Assembly: GCA_951406725.2 (NCBI GenBank)
Contig: OX597838.1
Span: 34,658,001-34,722,000 of the forward strand
Source: Octopus vulgaris
Lineage: Eukaryota
DNA: 64,000 bases
Direction: 5' to 3'
A model generated the notes under the pieces. It did no database searches. It was not told where the DNA came from and saw nothing but the letters and a program-made list of their open reading frames with translations. The translations under genes were made by a program, and so were the position numbers. Shown here in pieces: positions 1-12,935 of the stretch. How positions within the stretch are numbered: the stretch's first letter is position 1; each line of letters begins with the position of its first letter.

Positions 1-1140
1 TTCCTCCGGTTCTTCCAACCACGCTCTTTTCACCCTGGTCAGTGTGTCCGCCCTGTTTTTCTCCGAAGGCACGAAAACCACGTTCAGCTTCAGTCCGAAC
101 TCGGTGATCAATTCACCTAGAACTCCTAGACGGCGCTTCACTAACATCTCCGCAGCACCTTTCGTCTGCACTCTCCATTCACCGGTGATCACCGATCCTA
201 CCCAGCCAAGCACAGTGGCCGAATCCATCCGGATTTCAATCGTGCGCAGCCCCCATTTCAGGGCCAAGTTCACCCCTTTCAGCACCGCGTCTAATTCGGC
301 AACATTGATGTGGTTGAAGTCATCTGCTTTCCGAAGCCAGGCCGCGTCCTCCATCGCAGCACCTTCGATTGCCAACACAACCCCTATTGCTATACTGCTA
401 GCATCACACCAGATGGTCCCGCATTCCGTCTTGGGCACATACCAGTTCCCCCGGACCGAGTCTTCCGCTCTCGTCCTCTCCAAGATTTCCTGCATCATCC
501 CACCTTGTCGCCCCAACTCTCCCCCTCCGCTTGTCTCTTGGTGTAACTGCACGCTGTGCACAGCCATCCAGCGATCGGGACCTGATCTATCTCTTCGCAG
601 CTTCAGCCCCAGCGCGGCTCCCCCTTCCATCAACTCCAGTGGCTTCGCAATCAGTCCGAACTTCTCCAGATATCTAACTACCTCGTTGGCTGGAATCTTG
701 CCGTCTTTCCCTAGGACAGACTTAAGCACTGCCGCCATGATCTTCGGAGCGGAATTCAGCCTGAAACCCAGCCTGGTTAAACAGTACGTCCGGCCTTTGT
801 ACCGCACCAGCTGATATTGCCACAGTTTGTCGCTCACATGGAGCTGCAAGTATGCCAATTTCAAGTCGACAATCGTCGCTGCCTCGGTCGACTGTCTCCA
901 CGCACGTAACGTCTCGCCACAAACGTCTGTCGCCTCACCTCCCGTGTGACACGATATATGCTGGTTTAGCTCCCTGAAGTCCAGCACCGGTCTAACCTTT
1001 TCCTTCGTAGGCTGCACCACTGCCATCAGGGGTAGCACTCCAACCGCTACCTCCACCTCCCAAGAGACAAGAACCCCTTCCTCGATCCATCTCGTCCTCA
1101 AACTCAACCCTGGCGTGGCCTTTCAGGGTATGCTGGTAAC
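1..1140 (-). pseudogene. pol: Gypsy RT (internally deleted) and RNase H
   Basis: Manual translation gives IVDLKLAYLQLHV..LWQYQLVRYKGRTYCLTRLGFRLNSAPKIM (no YxDD seen after it) and GTIWCDASSIAIGVVL..HINVAELDAVLKGVNLALKWGL..DSATV..SEKNRADTLTR. Confidence 0.85.
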
Positions 1141-1143
1141 AGC

Positions 1144-1707
1144 TCAGTTTTTCAGCATCGGGGGCTCGTCCTTCCATCTCCACTCTATCGTCCACCGCTG
1201 ACCATCAAACACCGCCTGAAAGTCTTTGTCCTCGATGGTGTAAGCGGCGCAGTCCCTTGCGGGGCTCTGTTCTCTCTGGCGATCCTGACTCGCAGTGCAC
1301 GATGCCCCCACGCTTCTGAACGTGACCTCATCTCCCACAATACTGACGCCACCGAGGCAGTTGATGGCGTCCATCCCCATCACCACATTAACCCCATCTA
1401 TCATGCGTTCAGTTACAATTACCTGCAGCCTTAGAGTCGCGTCGCACACCACTATCTCTACCTTGCTGCTGCCTCTGCAACGGATTTTGCTGCCGTCGAC
1501 CGGCCGGACGCTACTTGCCCCGTTCCATTTCTTCGTCACCCTTGAAGTCACAAGGGTAGTCATGCAGCCTGTATCCACGAGGGCCCTGAACGTCTTCCCC
1601 TCGGCCTCCATGTCAATTAATGGCAGCGTCTCCAATAGCGCCTCTACTCGTTTGCGGGGAAAGTTCGAGTGGCAGCAACTTCCCCATGGTCGTTTCCCTG
1701 GTCGCAA
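1144..1707 (-). pseudogene. pol: Retrotransposon aspartic protease
   Basis: LPLIDMEAEGKTFRALVDTGCMTTLV...VVMGMDAI, a retropepsin DTG motif. Confidence 0.85.
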
Positions 1708-2401
1708 TCATAGGCGATGTGCCCGGTCTGCCTGCATCGATAGCAAACGGGCCCCGGGTGCGTACAGTCCCCTGCCATGTGCGACCCTGACATCTAAAAC
1801 ACCGACCTGAGAACGGCCGCTGTCGTTGCATGGTAGGCTTCTGTACCTCTTTCTCCAGTCGTCGTCCGTCTTTACGCACCTCCGTCACCGCCATCGCTTT
1901 CCGCCCAGAGTGTCCCGTCAACACGCGGGCTTGAGTCACAAGTTCGCTCAGCGCCATCTTTTTAATCCCGGGCAATCGTTGTAGGTGAATCCCTACATCG
2001 TCGGGGAACCCATTTACAAACACCAGTTGCACTGCTCTCTCCAGCCCTTCTCCTGTAAACCCGGCCAGCGTCGCTAACCTTCGAACTTCTGCCGCGTACT
2101 CGTCCACCTGTCCTCCCGTCCATCTGATCATATCCAACTTAGCAAAAGCTGTGTATTCACACTCTGTGTAGGCATCCCGCAGATGTTGCTCTATCTTTTC
2201 CTTGCTCAGGCGTTCCTCCTCGTCCATCTCAAGATATAGCGTCAACGCGCTCCCTTCTAAATACAGCACCATAAGACTTGCCACATCGCTTATACCTTGC
2301 AGTCTTGCCACCAGCCTGATTTTACGAATCCAGGCCACTACATCGCCTTCACCTTTAAAGGGTCTGATGATGTCGCAGGCGATCCTGATTTTCGCTGCCA
2401 T
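1613..2401 (-). pseudogene. gag: Gypsy gag (capsid-like plus two CCHC zinc knuckles, frameshifted)
   Basis: ORF MAAKIRIACDIIRPFKGEGDVVAWIRK... reaches CFRCQG, then shifts frame near 1780 into HMAGDC..VCYRCRQTGHIAYDC. Confidence 0.85.
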
Positions 2402-2424
2402 CGTGGCGATGACTTATATGGAGT

Positions 2425-2722
2425 GCCGAAATAGCTTGTGGTGTGTGTGAGAGATTCGAAATAAAGGCACCTACCTTCTCTTCTCTCTGATGGAGACCCT
2501 TCAGCACTAACGGATCCTTTGACACAGCCCGACCCGAACGCTAGAGATAGCAGCTGCTTCACCCAACCTTAACAACGTGATCACCCGTCTTAACCCCTCG
2601 ACGACCGGACTCGAAAAGGCAGAATGACCCGCTCGCTGCACATGTGTCACGGCTGCCCCTTCCGGTCAGCCCCAAGTTCCGGTCAGCTCCCCAGCTGCTG
2701 ACGTCATCCCACAGCACTTACA
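2425..2722 (-). repeat. Probable 5' LTR of the Gypsy element
   Basis: Begins TG at 2722 directly upstream of the gag ATG (2401). Part of it (~2437-2587) recurs, diverged, at ~47885-48037 and ~63345-63495. The inner boundary is approximate. Confidence 0.65.
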
Positions 2723-2924
2723 TAATATGATGTCATTAAATAAATTTCTACTGAAATAAGTGTTGCAAATTTAAACCTCCGTTCGTCAGTTATATATAAA
2801 CATATGCAGTAATACCTCACTTTCTGAGGACCTGCTTTACGCAGTTTCAAAGTCTTTAATTAAAAAAAAAAATTAATTGAAAAATCTGTGCATGAGATGG
2901 AACAGATCTTAATCCAGCTCCCTA

Positions 2925-3130
2925 TACCTATTTCTTTACTACCCACAAGGGGCTAAACACAGAGAGGACGAACAAGGACAGACAAACGGATTAAGTCGAT
3001 TATATCGACCCCAGTGCGTAACTGGTACTTAATTTATCGACCCCGAAAGGATGAAAGGCAAAGTCGACCTCGGCGGAATTTGAACTCAGAACGTAACGGC
3101 AGACGAAACACCGCTAAGCATTTCGCCCGC
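2925..3130 (-). mobile_element. SINE family B (core ccccagtgcgtaactggtacttaatttatcgacccc; tRNA-like head)
   Basis: The same ~200-230 bp unit recurs at ~19049, 20778, 24632, 33130, 38702, 43825, 51735 and 62370-62700. Confidence 0.8.
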
Positions 3131-3209
3131 TGATTTCCTGTTTTATTTAACAGCAGGTGCCACGCAGTGGGACTGAACACGGAATCGTGTGGCTTGAAGG
3201 AAATTTCTT

Positions 3210-3635
3210 TATTTCATATAATTTGCCACAAGGGCATCACACAGATGGAAGCTTTGCGGGCTGGACACGGACATTAATGAGATGAATGATTATGATGCAA
3301 AAATGATGATGATGGGAGAAGACGAAAAGCCCCCGCCGACTTCCGCTTCTCTGAAACATTGTTCTTTTTTCCTTTTTCCCCAAAAAACACAATGAGGTTA
3401 TAAACCTCGTACATTACACAAAAAGTCACATATTTCACATTTTGTAGACTCGTTCAGGTTACCCGGCCGACCAGTATCCTTGCTTCGTTGAAGCATGTAC
3501 TCGGTTCCAGGCCGAACCACACAGCCCTATATCTGTAGGAGTCCCCCCGGGAAGGAATTCATGATCCTGCACAGATCACTATCCCATAGAACCTCACCTC
3601 CGCAGCCACCTGCGAAGGCCACTCGGGGTCCCCCG
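3210..3635 (-). mobile_element. 5'-truncated retroposon 3' end inserted into a SINE
   Basis: 15-bp direct repeat TGAAGGAAATTTCTT at 3195-3209 and 3636-3650 splits a family-A SINE head. AATAAA lies at the minus-strand 3' end. Confidence 0.6.
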
Positions 3636-4019
3636 TGAAGGAAATTTCTTACCACACAGCCACGCCTATTTACAATAAACATCTCCCAAAACGATAGACA
3701 TGCGACTTAGAGTGATATTTCTTTATTACCCAGTAGGGGCGACACAGATAAAAAAAAATCACCACAACACATTGGGGACATAGAACAAATTAAAATTATG
3801 GGAAATGAATAAATGAAAATGATAATATGAAAGCGATGCTAACGGCCCAATGCGACTTAGAGTGAATTATCGCAAGAGAAGCATGTGCGTGCGCACGTGC
3901 GTTTGCGCACGATTAATACATTTGTTATTTAAATAAAGAATTACAATAAACAACGATTACTGAAACAAATTTAATAAATATCAATTGATATGTAATATTC
4001 TAAGTTATCTCCCCTACAA

Positions 4020-4059
4020 ATGACGCCGAGCACCATGGAAGTGAAAGAACCGGATTCGG
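4020..4059 (+). CDS. Candidate first coding exon of the CS-domain gene (MTPSTMEVKEPDS, phase 1)
   Basis: ATG in caaATG context; donor G|GTACCG; phase 1 matches exon 2. Confidence 0.5.
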
Positions 4060-4409
4060 GTACCGTAACGTTTTATTTACGATTCAGTTACGTTCCTTAA
4101 GGCATTTACCATATGTAATCACAATTACGTGTTCGTTGTCGTTGTTCATGTTCTACTTTCAAATGATTTCCCCCCTTTTCGCTTATCTCTCAATGCATTG
4201 CACACTTTAAGCTAATTGCTCGCCTACGCCTTAATTTTTTTTTGTAGAACTTGACAATTTCTAACGAGTGGGGGAGGGATTCCTTTAATGCAAGTTACTT
4301 CGTCTAACTAGAAAATAACTATCGAATCTATTTTGTTAAATCATATCCCTGTTGAATTAAAACAAGCTAAAATAAATTCGCGGGTAGATCGTTGGTGTTC
4401 TGCTCCGCG

Positions 4410-4422
4410 ATGGGTGAATTTG
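4410..4422 (+). CDS. Alternative candidate first coding exon (MGEF, phase 1)
   Basis: gcgATGG context in a CpG-richer unique patch; donor G|GTAAAC; also phase 1. Confidence 0.4.
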
Positions 4423-4654
4423 GTAAACAACAACAAACTTGTCTTGCGTCGGTAACCAACTTGATATGGCGGGACCGTGTCCGGGAATTTGTTTCATTTC
4501 GTAGATTTATGAGATCTGTGTCAGTATATACGTGTGCGCGCCTACCGTCTTCGTTATCCACCCCCTTTTTTTTTATATATTAGACACTAATATAATCGTT
4601 ATATACACCACCTGAAAGGTATTTTCGGTAAGTTATAAGAAAGTCGACTCTACT

Positions 4655-5037
4655 CTCTTTACTCTTTTACTTGTTTCAGTCATTTGACTGCGGCCATGCT
4701 GGAGCACCGCTTCCAATCGAGCAACTCGACCCCGGGACTTATTCTTTTCTAAGCCCAGTACTTATTCTATCGGTCTCTTTTGCCGAACCGCTAAGTTACG
4801 GGGACCTAAACACACCAGCATCGGTTGTCAAGCAATGGTGGGGGGACAAACACAGACTCACAAACATATACACACATACATATATACGACGGGCTTCTTC
4901 CAGTTTCCGTCTACCAAATCCACTCACAAGGCTTTGGTTGGTCTGAGGCTATAGTAGAAGACACTTGCCCAAGGTGCCACGCAGTGGGAATGAACCCGGA
5001 ACCATGTGGTTGGTAAACAAGCTACTTACCACACAGC
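4655..5037 (-). mobile_element. SINE family A (tRNA-derived head ggctgtgtggtaag..., tail ..gactgaaacaagtaaaagag)
   Basis: Near-identical copies at ~5215, 12530, 18140, 26215, 28130 and 52420, plus fragments; box A/B-like head and internal CA/TA microsatellite. Confidence 0.85.
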
Positions 5038-6191
5038 TGTTAATTATCCGAAACTTCCCTCTCCCAAATTCTTTTCCCATCTAATTCCAACAGACTCGGA
5101 GTTTATATCATCTGGAAGTTATTTGTAGAAAATTTCACTAAAAAATATCTTTCTGAAAGTTATGAGGAAACAAACCCTGTGGTGGTGGTAGAGGCATTCG
5201 TCTTTGGTGTCTTTCACTTGTTTCAGTCATTAGACTGCGGCCATGCTGGGGCACCGCCTTGCAGGAAACTTTTAGAGGAAGGAATCGAACCCAGTACTTG
5301 TTTTAAGGCCTGGGACTTATTCAGTTGGTATCTTTTGTCGAACCACTAAGTTATGGGGGGGGGGGGGCGTAATCACACCAACAGTGGTTGTCAAGCAGTG
5401 GTGGGGGGTAAAAATGCAGACACAAAGACACACACACATACACAGATATATATACGACAGGCTTCTCTGAGTTTCCTACCAAATCCACTCACAAGGCTTT
5501 AGTCAGCTCGAGGCTTTAGCAGGGGCCATTTACCCAAGGTGTTATGCTGTGGGACTGAAACCAGAACCATGTGGTTGAGAAGCAAGCTTTTTAACCACAC
5601 AGCCACGCCTGTGTACGGGGGAAGTTGACCTAATTTCAATGTGTCTCCAGGAATTTGACATAGTTTAAATGTGTGGCTGTACTGTACACATCCTGAGTGG
5701 GTTTGAAAATTGATCTGGTTTCAGTGAATGTAGGAAGCTATTTGAATGTTGACTGGAAAGTTTTACCAAATTTCAGTGTTTCTGATACCCAGATTCCTCT
5801 TCCTTCAGATAATCTCACCAACCCATGTATAATGTAGGGTAACCATGTAGCTTCCCTACAGCAAGACATCTGTGCTTGTCACTCTAAAATTCTTTAGCCT
5901 CTCAACACCTAGCATAAAGCCACCTTTCTTTCTACTGGAACCCTACTTGGCTGAGGGAGTTTTTTTCTTTGTCTTGTGAGTTACTTGGTCACTTCACAAA
6001 CACCTGTCTCATTAAAAAAGCATTAAAAAAAAACTAAATACAGTGGAAGCTCTGTAAAGTGGTTGGCATTAGGAATGGCATTGAGCTGTAGGAAGCATGC
6101 CAAAGTAGTCAAACACTTGAGCTAGACACTGTCCTTCAGTTCGTTGGATCCTGTCAAAACGTCCAACCCATACCAGTATAGAAAACAGACA

Positions 6192-6419
6192 TTAAACCCT
6201 TTCATTACTGTATTCATTTTGAGACACTCTGTGTTTCTTTCTAATTTTAAATATAACAAAGAATTTAGTACAATAACTTAATTATCATTAAGCTAGTGTT
6301 AGGAACATTAATTGTGATTAAGATTTGATGGAAGATTTTAATTCAAAACTTATGAAAATAGGACATTTGTACTACAGAGCCGGAGGCGGTTCCAGCCAGG
6401 TTGGTAACGAAAGGGTTAA
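6192..6419. mobile_element. piggyBac-like MITE
   Basis: TTAA(A)CCCTTT...AAAGGGTTAA ends; related copy at ~25662-25901. Confidence 0.6.
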
Positions 6420-6619
6420 ATGATAGTGGTAATGATGATAATTAGGACAGCGACATACATGCACACACCTCTCAAATCACATCCCATGGGATTTAGTGGA
6501 AATTTGTAACATGTTGAGTGACAACGAAGAGGCTCTGTTGTTGGCTTGTAGTCAAGAACATTTTATCTGGTGGGATTTGAAACTCATATTTATTGCATTG
6601 CAGCTGACTATAATAATAA

Positions 6620-7070
6620 TAATGAAATTATTGTATACAGTGCTCAGATGCACCACAACTTGTCAAAAGTGCGTATAAAGTATATGCGGTAATATACAAA
6701 TGTCTAGAAAGTGAACAGTGTATGTGTATGGAGAGGAGAAAATCAGGTGTAGTGTTGGCGAATCTCAGGAAGCATGGAAGTTTTGAAGGATGCAGTGCTC
6801 TAACAACTGATGCCGGCAGTTTGTTCCATGCTTCAGCAACTCTCAGCGTGAAAAAATGTTTCCGAAAGTCATGGGAGCTGTGCTGTTTTCCGACTTTGTA
6901 ATTTAAACATGTCCACGGGTGTTAGACAGGTGGATTTTGAAAAGGTGCTCAGAGTTATTGTTTGTAAGATGGTTGATAATTTTATGGGTGTCTGCCAAGT
7001 TAGCTGCCAGACGTTGGAGTTTCAATGTGTCCATGCCCAGGGAAGTAAGGCGTTCAGAATATGTTACACC
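6620..7070 (-). mobile_element. CR1/L2-group LINE 3' end
   Basis: YSERLTSLGMDTLKLQRLAANL..HKII..LFK..NTRGH matches the C-terminal ORF2 motif; (ATT)n tail near 6610. Confidence 0.75.
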
Positions 7071-7728
7071 ACAAGATGCCTCCACACTTGTCACTGAGCT
7101 GCTACATTTCCCCTCCCACACTTATTTATTCTTTTATTCTCTTGACTATTGTACCTGTTTCAAACATTTCATTTATTTATCTGTACCACACCCTGATTTT
7201 AATTTGCATACTTTCTCTTTCTTTCTGAGCTGGTTTTTCTAGCTTTTTATTTAACCTCTGTCCATATAATTGATTGTCACTTAAAGTTTTCTGTTAATTC
7301 TAGTACTGTTGTTTATCTCTGAAAGCCTTATTTGTTACATTACTCCATGTATGCATTGCTCCTTGTGTGGTCGAGTCAATGAGGAAATGTTTAAGTACAC
7401 CAATGTTTAAGTACACCATCGCAGCAATAAAACTGACATAAGTCAAAAACAAAGCCTATCTGTATAATTTGATTTGCTGGTATTAGTAACTAAATCTCTC
7501 TCAAATCATACAAGGATATATTGGATAATGTTGTCATAGCCTATGATCAATAATTTTGAACATAGAACTGCTAGATCAGAGCTAACTTGAAGCTAAAGAA
7601 AACAGGCTGTCCATATTATATTACAATTATAGAAATAATTGGTAAATGATATCGATAAATTTTGTTTTTAGATTTGGTTTGCAAGATTCTTTATATGAGT
7701 TTGTGTGTTGAAGCATATTCTGTTGTGC

Positions 7729-7922
7729 CTGGGGAGAGTCATTTTCTTTTTGTGCCTTATAATGTAACACACCCACCGGTAAAATTTCCACTTGAGACTA
7801 TTGAAAAGGTTGCAAGACGCAACGAAAATTTTAGGAAAATAAAAATAAGAAAAAAGTGGAAATTTTACTGGTGAGTGTGTTACATTAAAAGGCACAAATA
7901 GAAAATTACTCTCCCCAGACAC
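7729..7922. mobile_element. Palindromic MITE (ctggggagagt...actctccccag)
   Basis: Long terminal inverted repeats; second copy at ~33620-33813. Confidence 0.7.
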
Positions 7923-8094
7923 AACAGGATATCAATACAGTTAAAGCATATATAAAGGGTGTTTCAAAAAATCTGATATTTGAAATGTAAATATTACAGA
8001 AACTACATAGTCAAAGTGTATGAAACTAAACAGGCTTAGCCCTTTTGTTACCAACCCGGCTGAAACCGGCTCAGGCTCTGTAGCACAAATGTGT

Positions 8095-8720
8095 AGGAAG
8101 ATAAATGGAAGCAGGACATTGCCATCACTAATGATCACTCCAAACACCATGATGTTGACTGGATGTTTGATTTTTATCACTCTCGGTACATGTTTTGTCC
8201 TTGATGTCTTGGGATAAAAATTGGCCCTTTCTCATTTTGTATGAGGAATACCGAATGTCTTCATGCACTGCCTGTCTGATAGAAACTCAGACACAACCAT
8301 GTCCCTGTCGATGGACCTGATTGATTTGGAGGGATCGTTGTCAATCATGGCCTGGATCTCACCAACAAATTCAGGAGTTCTTTTCTTATCAGAACGATCA
8401 AAGTGAGTTTTCCAGGCTGCTGTACCTTTGTAATTACCATTAGATTCATCCAATTCTTTGCAAATCCCCAGCACTGTCCTCAGATTGACACCCAAACACT
8501 CTGAAACGTTTGTACTGGAGCTTCCAGCACGAATGCCAAGCAGTAAAGCATATCACTTCCAAATTTCTGGCAGAGTGAATTGCATCGTGGTACTGTTTTT
8601 CCCATAGATGGTGCCCAACTGACCCTACCATACTGTGTAGTCAACAAAATCGAAAACAAGCAATGTGCAAGCGTGAGATTAAAAATATAAAATAATGACA
8701 ATTTACCAATCACACCTTGT
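8095..8720 (-). mobile_element. Tc1/mariner transposase relic
   Basis: RTPEFVGEIQAMIDNDPSKSIRSI.RDM.VS (HTH) and KHPVNIMVFGVIISDG..LPFIF (catalytic-region motif); frameshifted. Confidence 0.8.
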
Positions 8721-9726
8721 ATATTATTTTCATTATCATCATCAACATTTAACATTTGCTGTCTATGCTGGCATGGGTTGAACAGTTTGGCCAGGGCTGG
8801 CAAGCTGATATGGCGTGGTTTTTACAGCTGAATGTCCTTCCTAACACCAACCACTCTGTGAGTGTAATGAGTGCTTTTATGTGCCAGTTGCGTGACACCA
8901 GTATCTGCCATGACTATGATTTCATTGCCTCTGTGAGGCCCACTGCTCAAGAGGTACTTGATATGTGCCACCACCAGCACTGGTGCTACTTTTGCGACAC
9001 TAGCATCGGCCACAGTGCCTCCATGAGACCCAACGCTCGACAGGTGGCGCTTACATGCCACTGACATTGGTGCCAGTTGTGTGTTGTTGTTTGTTCCTCC
9101 TCGAGCCATGCCTGGCTCATAAGGGCCGGTTTCCTGGTTTCTTGGCGTATAGGTTCCCCACCTGGATGGGACGCCAGTCCATCGCAGGTGAGCTGCAAGA
9201 TGCAGGAGGAAAGAGTGAGAGAAAGTTGTGGCGAAAGAGTCAGCAGAAGTTCGCCGTTACCTTCTGCCGGAGCCATATGTGGAGCTTAGGTGTTTCACTC
9301 ATAAACACACACATCGCCTGGTCTGAGATTCGAACCCGTGATCCCTCGACCGTGAGTCTGCTGCTCTAACCTCTAGGCCATGTGCCTCTGCCAGTTATGT
9401 GACACCAGCTTTGGCCACAAATATGATTTCACTTGGTTTGATGGGTTTACTCAAGCTTGGCATAATGCCAAAGGTCTTGGTCCTTAGTCATGGCCTCTGT
9501 GAGGTCCAACATTCGAAGATTATGTTTCACCCGTCATCTGATATCTTCCTGGGTCTACTTCTTCCATAAATTCCCTCCACAGTTACAGATCAGCACTTCT
9601 TTACACTGCTCTCCTCATCCATATGCAATAATTTTAAATTATTAATTTTAAAAAAATATTAGGACAAAGTTTTTAACGATGTTTTAATTATTTTTTTACA
9701 ATCTGGTCGGCATTGTTCAGTTTGAC

Positions 9727-9757
<31 letters not shown>

Positions 9758-10062
9758 GTCTGTGTCTCTGTATGTCCATGCATGCATGTGTGTATGCGTG
9801 TCAAGCCTTAATTACATCAAAATTTTACTTCTGTTGTCCATGCTGGCATGGGTTGGATGGTTTGACCAGGGCTGGCAAACTGAAGGTTGCACAAGACTCC
9901 AGTCTGATTTAGCATGGTTTCTACAACTGGATGCCCTTCCTAACACCAGTCACTCCAAGTGTGTAATGGGTGCTTTTACGTGCCACTGGCACAGGTGCCA
10001 TATGCCATGACTACAATTTACCACATGTTTATATCTCCCTCTCTCTCTCTCTCTCATTACAG

Positions 10063-10198
10063 TTATTACAACCGAAGTTGATCTGTTTACTGTCCGAGTG
10101 AACCTGTCAATGCCAGGACTTCAGGTGAAGAAAAGTTTCATGAAGTTTACGAAACCAAAACCACGTAATGCAAAAGTCACCGTCAAATTTGAAGGGAG
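10063..10198 (+). CDS. CS/HSP20-like-fold protein, exon 2
   Basis: Polypyrimidine tract plus TTACAG acceptor, AG|GTTTGT donor; open frame ITTEVDLFTVRVNLSMPGLQVKKSFMKFTKPKPRNAKVTVKFEG. Confidence 0.8.
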
Positions 10199-11159
10199 GT
10201 TTGTATAAACACGTCTCTCTGTCTATACTCTTTACTCTTTTACTTGTTTCAGTCATTTGACTGCAGCCATGCTGGAGCACCGCCTTTAGTTGAGCAAATC
10301 GACCCCGGGACTTATTCTTTGTAAGCCCAGTACTTATTCTATCGGTCTTGATACGCCAATTGAATGCCAGCTAGCTGTATGTGATTGGTCAGAGATTTGG
10401 ACAGTACTCGTGTGTATGTGTGCACGCACGCAGCTGTATATACATGAACTAGCACTCGGTGTTGCCGGGTCATAGTGCTAGTCGTAAATACAAGTTTTTC
10501 TCAAAAATGCTAAGAGTAAAAGATGTTTTATATGACACATTCTACCAATGTCCGAAGTTTGAAAGTGTTTAGTTGCAAAAAATCATTTTTTAAATCTGTC
10601 GGTCAAAAGGTAAAGACCCATAAAATTAATTACTAGTCATGTACTTCTTGGTAAGGGTAAGATGTATGATTCAGTGGTCAGAGTATTTGGCTCACAATCA
10701 TGAGGTAGCGAGTTCAATTCCTGGACCAGGCTGCGTTTTGCAAGACACTTTATTTTCACGTTGCTCCAGTTCACTCAACTTATTTACCAATCCCCCATAA
10801 CTGCTGGCCTTGTGCCAAAATTTGAAACCATTATTATTATGATTCAGGCAGGGAGTGGGCAGAATTATTGGTACACTGGACAAAATGCTTAGTGGCAGTT
10901 TGCCTGTCTTCACGTTCTGTGTTCAAATTCAGCTGAGTTTCGCTTTGCCTTTCATCCTTTTAGAGTCGATGAAAGAAGTACCAGTTGCATATTGGGTTCA
11001 GTGTATTCATCAAGCCCCTACCCTCAAATTTTAGGCCTTGTGCCTATAGCAGAAAGAACTATTACATTGTTGTTGTTGCTGTTGTTGTCTTTTGATTATT
11101 TGTTCAAAATCCCTAAATAATATTTGTTTGTTTTATTTCATTTCTGTTAAATCCATCAG

Positions 11160-11256
11160 ACAGCTTGAAGTGAACGTCATAATGGAAGAGAAAAATGTGA
11201 ATTATCAGTTCAAAATTAAAAAGTTACCAGGACCAATTGTCAATTGTACTGAAGAG
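11160..11256 (+). CDS. CS/HSP20-like-fold protein, exon 3
   Basis: CATCAG acceptor, GAG|GTCAGT donor; the phase-2 junction completes an AGA codon; RQLEVNVIMEEKNVNYQFKIKKLPGPIVNCTEE. Confidence 0.82.
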
Positions 11257-12903
11257 GTCAGTTTATTTTAGCCAAATAAAGTTTCTGTCCTTTTTTTCAG
11301 ATGAGGAAATAAATATCTCGAAGAGATATTTATGTCTTCTTTTTATTTCAGGACATTTGTTTTGGTTTTTGTCCAACACTTGTCTACCTGTCACTGTCTA
11401 CTTGCATATTACTCACTGTCCATCTGTCACTGTCTCCCTGTTTCTGCTTATCATCGACAATCTGTTACTAGCCATCAGGTCTGTATCACTGTCTATCATT
11501 ATCCAGTTACTGTTTAACAGCAACTGATGAAGTGCAAAGACACAGAAATCCCGAGTTAGCAATTCCACCACCACTGCTGGAGCTTTTTCGTCTACTGACG
11601 TACTTCTGTGCTCTCTAGTCTACACAAGAAGCATTCTCAAGATGAATTCTACAGTTTTGTGGCTTTCAATACTATATCCACATAAGTAAAGTATACAGAA
11701 GCCTACTCTGAACAAATATTGTCTCCATTGCTAATAACAAATAAATACTCACACATACACACAGAGGCTTGGCTATGTGGTAAGAAGCTTAATTCTCAAC
11801 TGCAGGATTCTGGGTTCCATCCCACAATGTCGCATTTTGTGCAAGTGTCGTCTACAATGGCCTCAGGCCAACTGATGCCTTGTGATTGGATTTGGTAGAT
11901 GGAAACTGAAAGAAGCTTGTCGTATATATATTTATGTATATATTTGTGTGTGCGTCTTCATGTCTGTGTTTGTCCTCCACCACCACCTGACAACCGGTGC
12001 TGGTGTGTTTATGTCCTCGTAACTTAGTGGTTTGGCAAAAGAGACTGGTAGAATAAATATCAGGCTTTAAAACAAAATTAGGCCCTGGAGTCAACACATT
12101 TGCCTAAAAATTTTTCAAGGTGTTGCCCCAGCATGGCTGATGTCTTAGAAATTGTAGTTGTGGCCGATGCCAGTGCCACCTGACCGGCTCCCCATGCCGG
12201 CGGCATGTAAAAAGCCCCATCCGAATGTGGTTGATGCCAGTCCTCCCAACTCCGACTGGCTTTTGTACCAGTAGCACGTAAAAAGCACCATCCAAATGTG
12301 GCCGATGCCAGTGACGCCTCACTGGCTCCCATATTGGTGGCACATAAAAAGTACCCACTACACTCTCTGAGTGGTTGGCGTTAGGAAGGGCATCCAGCTA
12401 TAGAAGCACTGCTAGATCAGATTGGAACCTGGTGTTGCCTCCTGGTTTTCCAATGCCCAGTCAAACCATCCAACCCATGCTAGCATGGAAAACGGACGTT
12501 AAACAATGATGATGATATATATATATACTCTTTTTTACTTGTTTCAGTCATTTGACTGCGGCTATGCTGGAGCACCGCCTTTAGTCGAGCAAATCGACCC
12601 CGGGACTTATTCTTTGTAAGCCCAGTACTTATTCTATTGGTCTCTTTTGCCGAACCGCTAAGTAACGGGGACGTAAACACACCAGCATTGGTTGTCAAGC
12701 AATACTAGGGGGACAAACACAAACACACACATATATATACATATATACAATGGGCTTCTTTCAGTTTCCGTCTACCAAGTCCACTCACAAGGCTTTGGTC
12801 GGCCTGAGGCTATAGTAGAAGACACTTACCCAAGATGCCACGCAGTGGGACTGAACCTGGAACCATGTGGTTGGTAAGCAAGCTACTTACCACACAGCCA
12901 CTA

Positions 12904-12935
<32 letters not shown>

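Larger units (their letters stand above)
1..2722 (-). mobile_element. Degenerate Ty3/Gypsy LTR retrotransposon (5' LTR, gag, protease, RT, RNase H; continues off the window)
   Basis: Minus strand order is LTR starting TGTAAG at 2722, gag with CCHC knuckles, aspartic protease ALVDTGC, RT remnants, then RNase H (WCDASS...ELDAV...DS...NRADTLTR). PR-RT-RH order is Gypsy-type. Confidence 0.9.

Noticed and set aside
44-814. 256-aa plus-strand ORF
   Set aside because: Antisense shadow of the Gypsy RT/RNase H.
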